From: Entomortierella parvispora E1425
Taxonomy: Eukaryota > Fungi > Mortierellomycota
Assembly: GCA_020891255.1 (NCBI GenBank)
Contig: BQFW01000008.1
Location: 496,001 to 560,000 of the forward strand
Direction of reading: 5' to 3'
DNA: 64,000 bases
Position 1 is the first letter of the stretch, and every line of letters starts with the position of its first letter. Shown one piece after another: positions 15,101-27,349 of the stretch. The translations under genes were made by a program, and so were the position numbers. The notes beneath the pieces are model-generated. The model was not told the origin of the DNA, ran no database searches, and was given only the letters and a program-made list of their open reading frames with translations.

Positions 15101-18100
15101 TCACAAGTTATTGGCAGTGGCGATGACCAGGATCAAGATGACGACAATGAGGGGTCATGCTCTGGCGACTCGAGCGATCTAACTTCCTCCGAGAGTCAGT
15201 CCGACGATGACATGTATGAGGAAGCAGCTGGATCTCATTATCTCATTCATGGTAGAGGCGACCAAACCGCAGGATCCGGTCGCCAACCTCTTTCAGGAAA
15301 CAACAGTGGTGACGATGACGACGACTCGGAGGACGATAGTTTGGATGAAGATTTCATAGCTCCTGGATCCCTCCTTGACATATCAAGAAGACAACAGCAA
15401 CTGCCATCGCCGCCGTTCTCCTCGGGATCGCTGAGATCAAATGTTGGCCCTCTGCAGGAGCCAAATTGGAGTCATCGACCACCACCTTATACCAATGAGT
15501 ACAGCTATGGACCAGTTCACCCCCATTCGACCGAGATGGCACCAGACCACTCTAGCTATCGAAGCAACACCATGCCCAGAGCAGGAAGCACTAGACCCGG
15601 CTCCCGACCGCTTTCGTATGTCTCACCCATTATCGACTCTGGTTCATCCCTTGTGATATCGCCACCGGAATCACCTAGGCCTGTGGAGCCTTACATGAAT
15701 CCACCACCCAGGAACGCATTGTTTTCCTCTGACAGGAAAAAAACCTGGTCACAGTACATGACTGCAACTGTGGAGCAACTGTCCAAAGTGAAGCGTGTGT
15801 TCATGCCCCGATCTTCTCAATCAAGTAGTGATCTGCGCCGCAACGCCTCCTCGACCTCGTCTCAGTCACTGGTGGTCGGAGGCAAACGTGGAGGACGTGC
15901 AGGAAACTCCAAAGCAAGGAAGCTCGAAAAGACTCAAGGTCCAATTAATTCTGGTTACTGGCAGGATGACCGGATAGAGCAAAACGGGCACAAGGTGTCT
16001 CGTTCAACAACCATACTGGATTCAATGACGACGACCAGCAGCGCTGTGTCATCCGTCGATGGTCATGCCTCTCCGTCGTACTTTGAAGATGGTCGTAGAA
16101 TAGGGGGAAGACGTGTAGAGCAGACTCTCAGCAACGGAGCGAGCGAGTGGTCCAGTGACGATGACGAACAAACCGTGCACATGATGCTGAGGGGTATCCA
16201 TCCCTATGGCCCTCCTGACTCTGGATCAACTGCAGACACCGACTCTCAGGCTCGACGATATGCAGAAGAATCAAGGGCTGCAGCTTCCAGTAGAGCGCCT
16301 GGAAAAAGTTCCATGCCAGCTTCTCTACTACCAAAGAATACTAGAGAGGAGGCTCAGGATGAGAACAACAACGACGACAGTCAATCTGGAGGCACGTCCA
16401 TTCATCTGGCCCCAGGTAGATTCCCTATTTTACGGAGAACAACTCAGAAGCGTGACCGCGACCAACGAGCATCCTGGATGACTTTTTCGTCCACAAACTC
16501 CTCCGTTTTTGGAGCTCTTCTCAGTCAGGGTCATATTCCTCCTGGTCAAGCGATCATACGGGATAGGAATGAGCAGGGCAATGTGGATCGGTTTATGGAA
16601 CGTTTCAACAAGAGCCAGCAGAACCAACAACAACCGTCTTCTACCTCCCCCAGTCCCGATGGCAACCGCGCCACTAGCAATGGTCATTGGTTGAGCAACA
16701 ATGGAAGGCGCCGTAAGAGCCATGACGCGATCTATGAGGCTGAGCCACGATCCATCGCAAACCGTGCCGCCCAGGATCAATCTGCAGCTCATAACAGACA
16801 AGCCCTAGGACAGAGCAACAGCCGTGGCAACAGCATCGGACGAAGTTGGCTATCCCGCTCGCTAGCAAGCCATCCACACCGACAAACAGTTCCTATCATG
16901 GACCTCCACTATTTGCAACAGAAGGATAGTGGAGAGCTATTGGAGGAATATCGACCGTTGCGAAGACATTCTTCCGATGTTCGAAACACGGAAGGCTGGC
17001 CACCATTCAAATCCAAGGATCAAAAGACTTTTTCCAGCGCCTACTATTCCACAGGATCTGCATTCAACGGCTTTGGCAACGGGAACGGCAATGGAGGAAC
17101 AGATCTCAATGCTAGCACGGCGAGAAATCAGAATGCCAATCGACCAGCAGCAGTTCCTTTGCAGGATCCTTTCCAAAAGTCTCTTCTCGAAGGTGAGGCC
17201 TATATGGCAGCACTGCAGGAGTCCCAACGAAAGGGACAGGCTCTCCTTCTGTCCAACAACGCACGGACTCAGGCTCAGACCCATTATCACTCTCTTTCAA
17301 GTCCTTTGACATTCCTGAACCCGGACGCGACTCAAGATGTTTCCCCTCGACCTGGATTTGACAAGTCTCGATCAAACTCTGACCCACATTTGCTACAGGC
17401 TACAGCGGCATTGCTAATGTCGAATTCAAACGCAGAGTCAGATCCTTTGAATCCGTCTAGCCGCACATCGCAAACGAGAACAGGACCTTTTGGTGGCAAC
17501 TACAAGAATCTCTCGCAGCAGCAGTACCTTCGACACCAATCCATGATGTACCCTCACTACCACCACAATTACCATGACAACAGCTACAGTCAGCAACGGA
17601 GTCCGATGAACCCGAGGTTCCAGAGCATCATCTCGCCAACCCGTGAGCTGGCCCCACCTCGACCTCCGACCTCGATTGTGTTGAGATACCGATCCGAGAT
17701 GATTGCTCAACAGCTTTGCTTGATTGAGCGGGAGCAACTGTTCAGAGTCCAGTGGCACGAGCTTTTGAAGGCTGCTTGGAAAAAGAAGGCTCCTGTTATG
17801 GATGAAGGAGCTGAGGCGATAGATGGCCAAGAAACAACGATGGAAGGAGAGTCAACATTGGGCAATGAGAGTCCGAACGTGATTCTGTTGGTGGATCGAT
17901 TCAATTTGGTATGATGACATGTTACCTCTGTTCATGTCGTTGATCACACGCTACGATGAAAGTCCATCTTGACAAACAGTGCACTCTCTATGTTTGAACC
18001 TTTTCTAGACTTGCCAGTGGGTCACGTCCGAGATTTTAAAGATGACAGACTTGGAGACGCGTGTGCGAGTGGTGGAAAAGTTTATCAGGATTGCACATGT

Positions 18101-19784
18101 GAGTTGATCTCATGATAGCGGCGGCTTCAACATTTGTTTTCCAGGAAACTAAACACTGACCGAGGCGTTTGGCTGAATTCTCATTAGACTTGCTACAACC
18201 ACTCCAACTTCAGTTCATTGACGCAGGTGATGCTGGGTCTCCAAGCGCATGAAGTGTCGCGACTGAGCCGTACCTGGGCTCGTGTAGGCTCTCAGGGGAT
18301 GAAGATCATGCATGACTTGATTGAGTTCACAACCATGCTTAGGAACTGGAAAAATCTCCGAGATGCCATGCAGGACATTATTGATGAATGGGGTGATTCT
18401 CCCGGTGGTGCTTTCTCTCCATCATCGGCTTCAGGTCCACCTTCAAGTTTTGGTCGAGGAGAGAGTCCTTCGATGGCGGCCAGCCCAGTGACTCCCTCCA
18501 GCAATCGACAGAGTCAGCTTGGCCTGTTCTCGAAAAAGTCGAGCACCGTTAAGGAAAAGTCTTCAAAGGGAGGGATGGCTCTGCATCCAAAATCGGTCTC
18601 TGGTCCAGTCTTTCCTTCTTTGAAGTCATCTTTGAACAAGGAGCGGGAGAGGCAACAACAACAGGCACCACAAGCGCAATGGCAGCAGCAGCAGCAGTCT
18701 CAACAACAACAGCAGCAGTTGCACCATCAGCCGTCGTTCTTGAACACCTTTAATTTTGATAAAGAGGAAAAGGACAAGGACGGCAGAAAGGTTGTGCAGC
18801 AGCAACACAAGGGCTGCATTCCTTTCCTCGGTAAGTTTCCATGACCTTATTTCTGTTGAGAAGAAGTTTACGTGCCTGGACTCACACAAATATCCACATA
18901 TTTTATATTCTGCTGTAGCCGTGTATCTCTCCGACCTACTTTTCAACACGGAGTTGCCATCTTTCGTCGAGCCCAGGAGACCTTTCTCTACGTACACTCC
19001 CGAGCTCAATTCGCAGGCCGGCAATACCAGTCGACTCCAATCGGTATCAGACGCGAACCCATCCTCATCGGCAGAAGTACCTGTTTCCACATCTGACCCT
19101 TCTCCTCATGTACATCCTCACCATCATCAGTACAATTCGTCTACGACAACCGCATCGACTATGGCCACCGATACTACGACCAGCGCCACCGCCACATCTG
19201 GATCTACAGGCTCTAACACTACAGTTAGCGGCGGTCAGGGCTACACCCAGAATGCTCCTTCGATCAGCTCCCTTCCTCCTGGTCATCCTCTAGCGCCGCC
19301 TCCTCCCGCCTCTGCCGTGAACCCAGCTCCGAGTTGTGTCGATACATACCCAATTGCTTCTCGGGGAATGGTCAACATGCAGAAACATCGGACCATCGCG
19401 ACGATCATCAAGCGAATTTTGACATTCAAGGTCATGGCCAGTCGATATCCGTTTCGGAAGGAGAATGAGGTTTTTGACTGGCTGATGTCGATCGAGGCCG
19501 TTGATCCGTCCGAGTGGCAGAGGATGAGCGAGATCTGTGAGGAGAAGCAGCAACCTTTGGTCCATCAGCAGCCTCAATACCAGCCACAGCTCTCCCAGCA
19601 GCAGCAGAATCAATACTCGTCCATGTCCACTTCGACGATTCCTAATACTGGTGCGGCCTCGACCGTGTCTTCCGCCATGGCCACGAGCATACACACCCCT
19701 CCTTCTCAAATGACTTCATCGGCACGCGCCGCTTCTGTCACTACAGGACCCATCCCTGCGGATAATACCCTAGCTTCGTCTTAG
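12133..19784 (+). CDS. Large RasGEF (REM + CDC25 domains), LTE1-like architecture, ~2394 aa
   Basis: Exons 12133-14344, 14431-14868, 14973-17908, 18009-18098, 18188-18830, 18919-19784 join in frame (7185 nt). REM: ATVEKLVEKLTSDIDYTFLTDFFLIYR. CDC25: SEMIAQQLCLIE, WVTSEIL, VEKFIRIAH, NFSSLTQVMLGL, GCIPFLAVYLSDL. Confidence 0.9.
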
Positions 19785-20519
19785 ATATTTAATCGAATCG
19801 TTCATTTTTCCTCCTGTCAAAAATTAAAAAAAAAAAAGGAAATCGAAGGACATCCTGCTCTTTTTTCGTTTGCCGAGGTGGTACTTTGATCTTGGGTCTC
19901 GCCTTTTTTTTTTTTTTTTTTTTTTTTTTCTTTCTGAGTCGAAGTTCGTGGCCATCCCCCTCGTCCTTCAAAATCGTTCGGTGGGGCCATCTACTCAGTT
20001 ATTCCTGTAAGAAAGGAGATCTCACCATTGTTCCCAACGGCGCCCACGACATTCCAGCAGATGCAGAGATGACCTCGTGGCCCCTTTCGACTTTCGGTTT
20101 TTGACTTTGACGACTGGCTGTTGGCAATTACCATGTTGTCCTCCACCTTCCTCTTCCCCGGGAGTACTGTTCAGCCCTGCTTTAAATTTCTTGAGAGGTA
20201 CATAAATAAAGAACCAGAAAGGCGCGAACACCGGGCGCACATCAATCGCACGCCGAGTCTTGAGTCTTGTGCCTGTGAACACGAAGGTCTCTTCCTGCCC
20301 GCCTCTTTGACCTTTTGGACATCGCCTGGATAGTCTTCACCTAACGCAGACCTGCCGATGCATGAGCAAAACGTAGCAAAATACAAGTACAATCCCCTTT
20401 TGCCTCTTCCCCCCCTTCTGTTCTCATTTTCTGCCACACAGTTCTCCTTTTTCTGCTCTTTCCTTTCCTCTCTGTTCTGGACGTCTAGCACCTTGCCATC
20501 AAGACTGAGTACATGCAGT

Positions 20520-21923
20520 ATGGGGGCAAGACTCCACACAAGGGAACCCAACATGATCGAATTCTTGGGCGAACCAAGCTTACTCTTGCACAAGGTCCCC
20601 GGAACCCTCCATCTGCAAGTAGAGGCTCCGATCTAGCTCATACAATTACCTGTTGCATTCATCGGAGAGAGTAAGCGTCTTTGCATCTTTTTCAAGATGT
20701 CCATCTTAAAAGTTCAAAGTCTAGCAGCAAAAAAAGAAACACATTGTAAATCTCCCTCCCTTCTTCCATTTGAACATGTTGGTTCATAGGCATTCTATCA
20801 AATTACTGGCTTCGCCAGCGGAAACCGACCATGTTGAGGTTCAATTGATCTCGGAGCCAACCCATTACCTACCAGGGACGTACAAGCTCTCGTTCGAGCT
20901 TCTTCTCCCGGGCGACATTGCGACGACCGACAGCTTTGCGTTGACGGCCGACAACATTCGTTGGAATTATCATTTGGTGGCAACGGCGATTCCTGTCCTT
21001 GGCTCAGACCGTAAAATGACCATCCAGCAAAGTCTTGTCCTCCGAAGTGTCCACCCTGAATCCCATGTGGTTCCTGGGGAAAAGGCTCGGTACAGGATGG
21101 CACGTAACGGCGCGGTGGAATGCTCCATTTTTGCTCCAACCATAGTGGATTTGGGACAAAAATTCAACCACATTCATCTGGATATCCGCATTCGTTTACT
21201 CTCTGATCGCTATCGCGTTCAAAAAATGCAGCTCAAGGTCGTTCAGGCCTAAAATCCCCTATGGAGACATCCCTCCTTTGAGAAAGAAAAGGGTCGTTTG
21301 AACATGTAAGTTTTTTTTTTCATTTTTTTAAGGAGTAGTATATACCTCATGAGCAAACTCTCATTCTTTGTTTTGGACGACAACTCTATAAACCTGCCGT
21401 TGCAAGCAAATGGGATGGCAGTGCCAAGAACATTATTTTCGGCCGCATCGGAGACATTGTGGCGAGTGCGCAACGGTCCAAAGACCTCTGCGAAAAGTCC
21501 ATTCTCCGAAATGTCTTTCTTTCGCCCACATGGGGCCAACAGACTCCACTCAGTCTCGGGGTCGAGTTGGCGTCTCACAAGGTACAACTTTCGGAAGATC
21601 TCGTCTGGCTCGAGCTCTCGCACTATTTTGAGGCCACGATCTTGTTCAAGGAGAAATCCATTGAAACATTGAAGGCCAAGGTGGTCTTCAAGGCCAGGCA
21701 CTTTACACAGTCGGCCTGGGTCCATTCCACGATCGAGGAATTACACATGCAAGCTGTTCAACAACAGATGGAATCTCATGAGCTGCAGGAGGAACAAGTT
21801 CGAAAACATGAACTCGATCTCGGGAGCTGTTTACCGGATTGCTTCGAGAGTTTTGATCAAACCAACGGTTACGCACAATTGCCGTCGTATCAAGAATCAC
21901 CCCTTATGGCCGAGAGTGTCTAG
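20520..21923 (+). pseudogene. Decayed alpha-arrestin-like gene
   Basis: Arrestin-like segments: VPGTLHLQVEAPI*LIQLPVAFIGE, YLPGTYKLSFELLLP...WNYHLVA, and a C-terminal LPSY (PY-like) motif. There is an in-frame TAG at 20634-20636, a phase mismatch across intron 20671-20789 and a TAA at 21250-21252. Family call is from motif memory only. Confidence 0.55.
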
Positions 21924-22187
21924 GACTAAAATAAAAAAAAAAAAGTGTTCGTACGTCTATATCTCCAAGTATTTCGGACTCAAAGAGACAAGAAGACCCT
22001 TATAGGGATCATACTGAAGGGAAAATGGGCATTAATTGTATATTTATTTAGATAACTGAGAGAGCAGAGCATCTCATGGGGAATAATGAGGTTCAGGACA
22101 TCGACCAATTGAGCAGATGTGGAAACCATTTGAAGTCCTTTATCTCCGCGCAAGAAAAAAAAGGCAGATAGGACCGAAGAATCTCTT

Positions 22188-22851
22188 CTACATGATATTA
22201 CATCCACATCCTCCTTTGGGTTCTACCAGAAATGGATCTTCAGACTTGTCAAGTTCGCCCCACACCTGCGTGACAAAGACGTCCTTGTGTTCGTTGCAGT
22301 ACTGGATCAACCTAGAGGGAAACCATTGTATCAAAGAAGCATTAGACAAAGCTATGGAAGAACAATGATGAAACGGTCTCGAGAACTGCAGGGGCTGGGG
22401 GGGATGGGCGCCTGAGAGACGGGGGGGATACGCGTGGTCGGCTATTGTTCGATCGTTCCTGAGACCCCCCATTGATTGGATGCTCCAACGACTGGGCGGG
22501 TTCGGTGCCCAGCTCAGGGGCTATTTCTCTCCTTTATTCATGCGTGACACGGGTGGCCGATGTCCAAGAGAAAAACAAGATGAACGCACAGACAACGAAG
22601 GATAGGCCTCCCTCCTTGCCAACTCTGTGCCTCAAACTGGGGACCCTTGCTGAGCATCACCCTCGTCCAGAATCCTGATATGTGTCTGTCCGCGTGGGTG
22701 AAAATAAAAGAGTCCGTTGGAGCGCAGAGAAATATTAAACCGGAACTTACAGGTTTCCAGCCTGCGAGACCGAGATGCGCTCCCGCTCGTATTGTTCACG
22801 AAGACGCTTGTTGTGTTCGAGTTGACGCTGCAGACGGATTTCTGTGGCCAT
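22188..22851 (-). CDS. Heterotrimeric G-protein gamma subunit (74 aa)
   Basis: Exon 22751-22851 (MATEIRLQRQLEHNKRLREQYERERISVSQAGN) plus exon 22188-22311 (LLIQYCNEHKDVFVTQVWGELDKSEDPFLVEPKGGCGCNIM*). GTAAGT donor and CTAAT branch site. Has the GGL-type RISVS..LI.YC...D....WG..DPF pattern and CaaX CNIM. Probable 5'UTR intron 22883-23312. Confidence 0.92.
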
Positions 22852-24110
22852 GGTGCAAGTGGTGGGAGTGTGTTTGTCCTGGCTATTGAAGGGGGTATTG
22901 GGAGATGAGACTAAAGTGCACTCGATCGCTGACTATCGTCGACTGGGCGAAAAGGGGGATATATCAAGCCGAGAATAAGAGGCCTAACTGGGAATGAAGA
23001 AGAGATACTCAGTCAGCCTCTTTGCAGGTAATACTGTTATGCACCTGGATATTAGCTGCCAGTCCCATGCTGTGGGTAAGCATGCAGCATTCATGGGACA
23101 TTTATGTCGGGTTGTCCACAAAGAGTCATTTCCGCCCTTCGCTCAAGTCGCTCTCGTGGTCGAAGGGCAGCGAAGGAAGACGAAATGCAGAAGGGAGGGG
23201 GGGGGTATGACGGGGACAATGAGCAAGGGGGCAGTCGAAATTCAGTCCGTTGGACCTCCTGAATGGAATTAACGGTCGACCATGCGAATTCAGCTCCTGA
23301 CTAAATCCTTACCAGGGCAGATGAGGTGGAGAGGGGCGTGAGATGCGGTCGTGAAGAAAGATAGGGGGGCGACAAGGAGGGCGACAAGGAGAGGAGGGCG
23401 ATGTCCGGATGGGGATGAGAGAGACAGGAGGATGGGATGGGAAGGGAAGGGATGAGGGTGATGCGCAAAGAGAGGAAAAGAAACATAAAACGAGAGCAGC
23501 GGGTGGGCATGGAAATGCAGGTTCGTGTGCTGTTGCGTCAAGCCTGTGGGCGATGGTCACGGATGGAAGCGCCCTCTTCGTGGGGCGTGTCTGCTTCCCT
23601 GTCCCTCTTTCTTCTTTTCTTTCCTTCTCCACCTCTTTGTCTCTTCATCTTGGCATCGGCGTGCATGGAACGCTCCTCTCCCGCCTCCTCATCGCCCTCC
23701 TCGTTGCCGTCTCCGTCGTCATTGTGCCCTCTTGATCATCGACAGCGCTCTCCTTCGCCCCCTGTCTTTGGCGGCGATAATGACCGCTGCGTTGGACAAG
23801 AATTTGTTTTCTTTGTTTGTTTGCCTCAGACCATGAGAGCCCTCTCCTTGTCTTCAATTGCTAAGTGCCGTGTGGGTGGCCCTGTTTTCCACAAACACAG
23901 ACAGCTGGAATTGATAGTTCATTTCTTTTTTTTTTATTTTACAAGGTAGAAAATGGCGATCTATGGGTCGTCGCACCGAGCAGAACGATGGCCTGTCTGC
24001 TCAGACGAGGGGAATAGTGGATGACTGGGCTGATGGTTGGGTAAAATGGAAAAATGGAGTGGGTATACTCCTGTCGTGAGGGAGGGATATTCGTCGCTCT
24101 GTTTTTTTGA

Positions 24111-26015
24111 TTACCAGAGAGCGTTCATGGCGCGCAAACTGTACTCGACTCCGAGGAAGCAACTATTGGTGATGGGAAAGAACGTGTTTGGTTAGCAATC
24201 TAGTCAAAAACAACATTGCCGTACAACTTTGTAAAATGCAGAAAAAAACATACGCAGCGTTAGCGGGGAAGGCACGGAGCATGGCGGGGCCGAGACCCTT
24301 GAAGAGGGCCTGGGGACCCTCGGTCTTCAAGAGAACGCGGAGAACATCACCAATGCCAGAGTAGGTTCCAGCAGGGGCAGACTGGAGACGGGACTTGAGC
24401 ACATCTGGGGGAATGGCAATGGTCCACATGGCGACACCGGCCATACCTTTGAAACACGAACAAAAAGATCCATAGTGTTAGTCCATTAGTTCACCGTTTG
24501 TATATCTGTTGTTACAAGAGCAGGCCAACTACACGTACCACCAGCAAAGAGAACAGGGAGGACTCCCAAATCAGCAGCAGTCTTGCCCTCGGGGATCATA
24601 GATCTCTTGATAGCCTCGTAAGCAACAAAGTAGGCAGCAGATCCGGGACCGTCGCGGAGCATAGTGGCGCCAGTTCCACGGAAGATAGAAGCGAGACCAC
24701 CCTCCTTGTAAAGAGCGCGAACAACATCAATGGGGCCGTTGTAGAGCTTGGCAGCACCGGTTCCCTGGGTCTATGGAGCGAAAAAAAATTATCAAAAAAA
24801 AGAATTAAAAAAAGAGTCAGGATCAGCCTCTTCTGCATGGGATCAAGAGATGCAGCCAGGGATGTGGTTTTTGATAGAAAATCACAATGTCCATGTCAGC
24901 ATGTTCATGGAGCGGAGGATTGTAAGCAGTAGCGACCGAGTCTTCCGGTCCGCCTTGCAGGGCCTCGCTCCTTTCTTCCGAGAAAGTATGTCGACCAAAA
25001 TTCCTCCTGGCACGTGAGAGCGTCTCAAGTCTTTTTGCTTGGATCATCGTACAAATCACATAAAGGAAAACTAAAAAAGTGCATCAAGTCGTACCTGGAG
25101 AAGAACCTTGATACGCTCACTGGGAGACATCAACAAGGTGGTGGGTCCAGCTGAGAAGAAACCGGCAACGGCAAAGTCAACGAGCGACAACTCGTTCGAG
25201 GTGCGGCCAGGGACGGAGAGGACGAGCTTCTTGCCCAAGTCATAGGCCCAGAAGGAAACGGCAAAAATGGGGGTCACTCCGACAATAGGAGCAGCCATTC
25301 CACGGTACAAACCACGGAAGCCATCGGCCTTGATGGTCTTCTTGAAGACATCAAGGGTGCCGTTGTAGGTGCCGTTGGCGCTGGTCTGGATGCGGACCTA
25401 ATGTACGACAAGTAATGTTGATCAGGGGTCAGCGAACGATTGCGCAATGGCTCAAAAGATAACAGGAGTGAACGATCCCCTAATCAAAGCATCCCTTTCC
25501 AAGGGATTGAAAGGGAAGAAGTCCAGACATGATGCACAGGTGCACCCTGCAAACAGAGAACAAATACTCGTGGACACGCACGCCTTCTCGGCCTTGTAAA
25601 AACCCAGCTCATCACTCCATCCACTCCATCAACCTCTTCTTGCATGGAACTAGAGGAGTGCAATGTTGGCGTTTCCGAGATTGTCCTTGTTGTATAGCTG
25701 AAGGCTGCACTGTTTTCTATTCTTCTTCTCCTGCCTTTGAGCTTGCTGGGTATGACTCCTGAGTCCTGAAAAAGTACCGTCGAGCTGGATTGTTCAAAGT
25801 AGCAACAGGCCTCGAGTGTTGTCGTCTGAAGCCATTGCAATGCTCCCGCTGAGAAGCGCTTTGACGTTCTTTACCTTGGCAAGATCGAAGGGGTGACCGA
25901 CAAGGACAGCGGCGACACCACCAAATCCTCCAGAGAGGAAAGCCTTGAACTGGGAGGTCTGAGGAACGACCTTGGGGACGACCGTTTGCTCGAACTGGAT
26001 TTCAGCAGTGGACAT
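24111..26015 (-). CDS. CRC1: Mitochondrial carnitine/acylcarnitine carrier (SLC25A20/acuH-like), 306 aa
   Basis: Exons 25875-26015, 25095-25397, 24539-24770, 24254-24446, 24111-24162. Three carrier repeats ([33 protein letters not shown]), plus [25 protein letters not shown] and [10 protein letters not shown]. Confidence 0.93.
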
Positions 26016-26040
26016 TGTCTGTGATGGGAGAGAAGGAAGA

Positions 26041-26065
26041 GGAGAGGAGAGGAGAGGAGAGGAGA
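26041..26065 (+). repeat. (GGAGA)5 microsatellite just upstream of the CRC1 start
   Basis: ggagaggagaggagaggagaggaga, read directly. Confidence 0.9.
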
Positions 26066-26267
26066 GAAGAACAAGAAGAGTGAAGAGATGTAAAAAAAAA
26101 AAAAAGAAGAATAAAAGAAGAGAAAAAGAGAGGAAAATAAAAGAAAGTGAGCTGCAAACGCAAAGAAGGGAGCGGAAAAAAGAGCAAGAGATCCAGGACA
26201 ACCAGCCAAGAAGAAGGGCGCATCCACTCCCACTCGCTGATCATGTGCAAATTCAAATCGGCTCCGT

Positions 26268-26326
26268 TCGGTCCTCGGTCTCTTTCGGTCTCTTTCGGTC
26301 TCCCTTCTCTTCGGTCTCTTTCGGTC
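26268..26326. promoter_or_regulatory. Array of six TCGGTC hexamers including a CCTCGG, in the CRC1 upstream region
   Basis: TCGGTC at 26268, 26275, 26285, 26295, 26311, 26321 and CCTCGG at 26273-26278. The repeat is seen directly; the regulatory role is inferred from CGG half-site logic of Zn2Cys6 factors. Confidence 0.4.
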
Positions 26327-27349
26327 TCACTGTGATTGGGCATGCTCTTTTTTGCCCTGATCTGTGATCAGCCCTCTCTGCCTGCTGTTGCTGCTGTTCT
26401 GCGAACGCCCCGTTACTTTGGCAGGACTTTTAGCCGACGACCTCTTGACGCCTCAGCTGGCCCCCCGCACGCCAACCTGTCGTCGGCAACGTCGCTGTTT
26501 TGGCTTGGTCTTCTCGTGGTCATCTCCATGATTCCATCTCTTGTGTCTGCAATCTACAGAGTCAAGTTGAATAAACCTTTTTGGCCCCCGTCTTTTTTTC
26601 GCTCTGTCCTCGGGCATTCACGGATGAGGGTCTTCTCCACTCTGCCGTTGCCCTTGCGGTCGTGGCGATCGTGCGAAAATGCAATAGAGTGTGTTCCCCG
26701 CAAACCAACCCACATCCCTGCACGCCCGCACAGGTCAAGCCAATTGCTGCCTGAAGCCGTTCCACTGATCACGGGTTCAACCCAATCACACAGCCATGAG
26801 CGGTACAATCAGGTTGTCGTCCAGGTTGTCCGGGGTTTCCTGTTTGGCTTTGGTAGGGAGAGGCTCGTGTACGTATATAAGAACGATCGGCGCATACTAG
26901 CGCCCTTGCACGTGGAGTGTAGATCAACGCGCCCTCCTCTGTCTTATGACCACCACCCATGCCAACAGCGCCAACCCTCACTCAATTGACTGCTATCCAT
27001 CTTTTTAACAACGGGCGACGAGACTAGTATGGGATAATTGTTCTTTGCTGGACTAGGATTGAGACTCTATTCGTATATACGACCTTCGCTGCGCCCCCGT
27101 TGACCAGCGTGTGCGCTGCTCGGTATGCAGTCAGTGAAAGCAGGATGTCTAAGAGATAGAGCGAGTCAGAGCATGAAGAAAGGAGAGAGTCAGGACAGAA
27201 ATTGGTGGCAAATGCATGTTGAAATCGAGCAGGGAGTGACTCACGCCAGTGATTGGCTGGCAGTTCACCTGCAAAGCCACAGCGAATAAACAGTGAAGTC
27301 TACGCTTCCACTGCAAGCAACATCTGCATCCATCCACTTCACCACAACC

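Noticed and set aside
22134-22417. Plus-strand open frame (GFYQKWIFRLVKFAPHLRDKDVLVF)
   Set aside because: It is the antisense shadow of G-gamma exon 2.
25398-25874. Possible intronic C/D snoRNA in the 477-nt CRC1 intron (GTGATGA present)
   Set aside because: No suitably placed D box or terminal stem, and no rRNA-complementary guide was recognised. The other long introns (G-gamma, carrier copy 2) were also negative by eye.
26336-26989. 217-aa ORF between CRC1 and FRS2
   Set aside because: No recognisable domain, a non-ATG start, composition typical of random intergenic frames, and it lies in a divergent promoter region.
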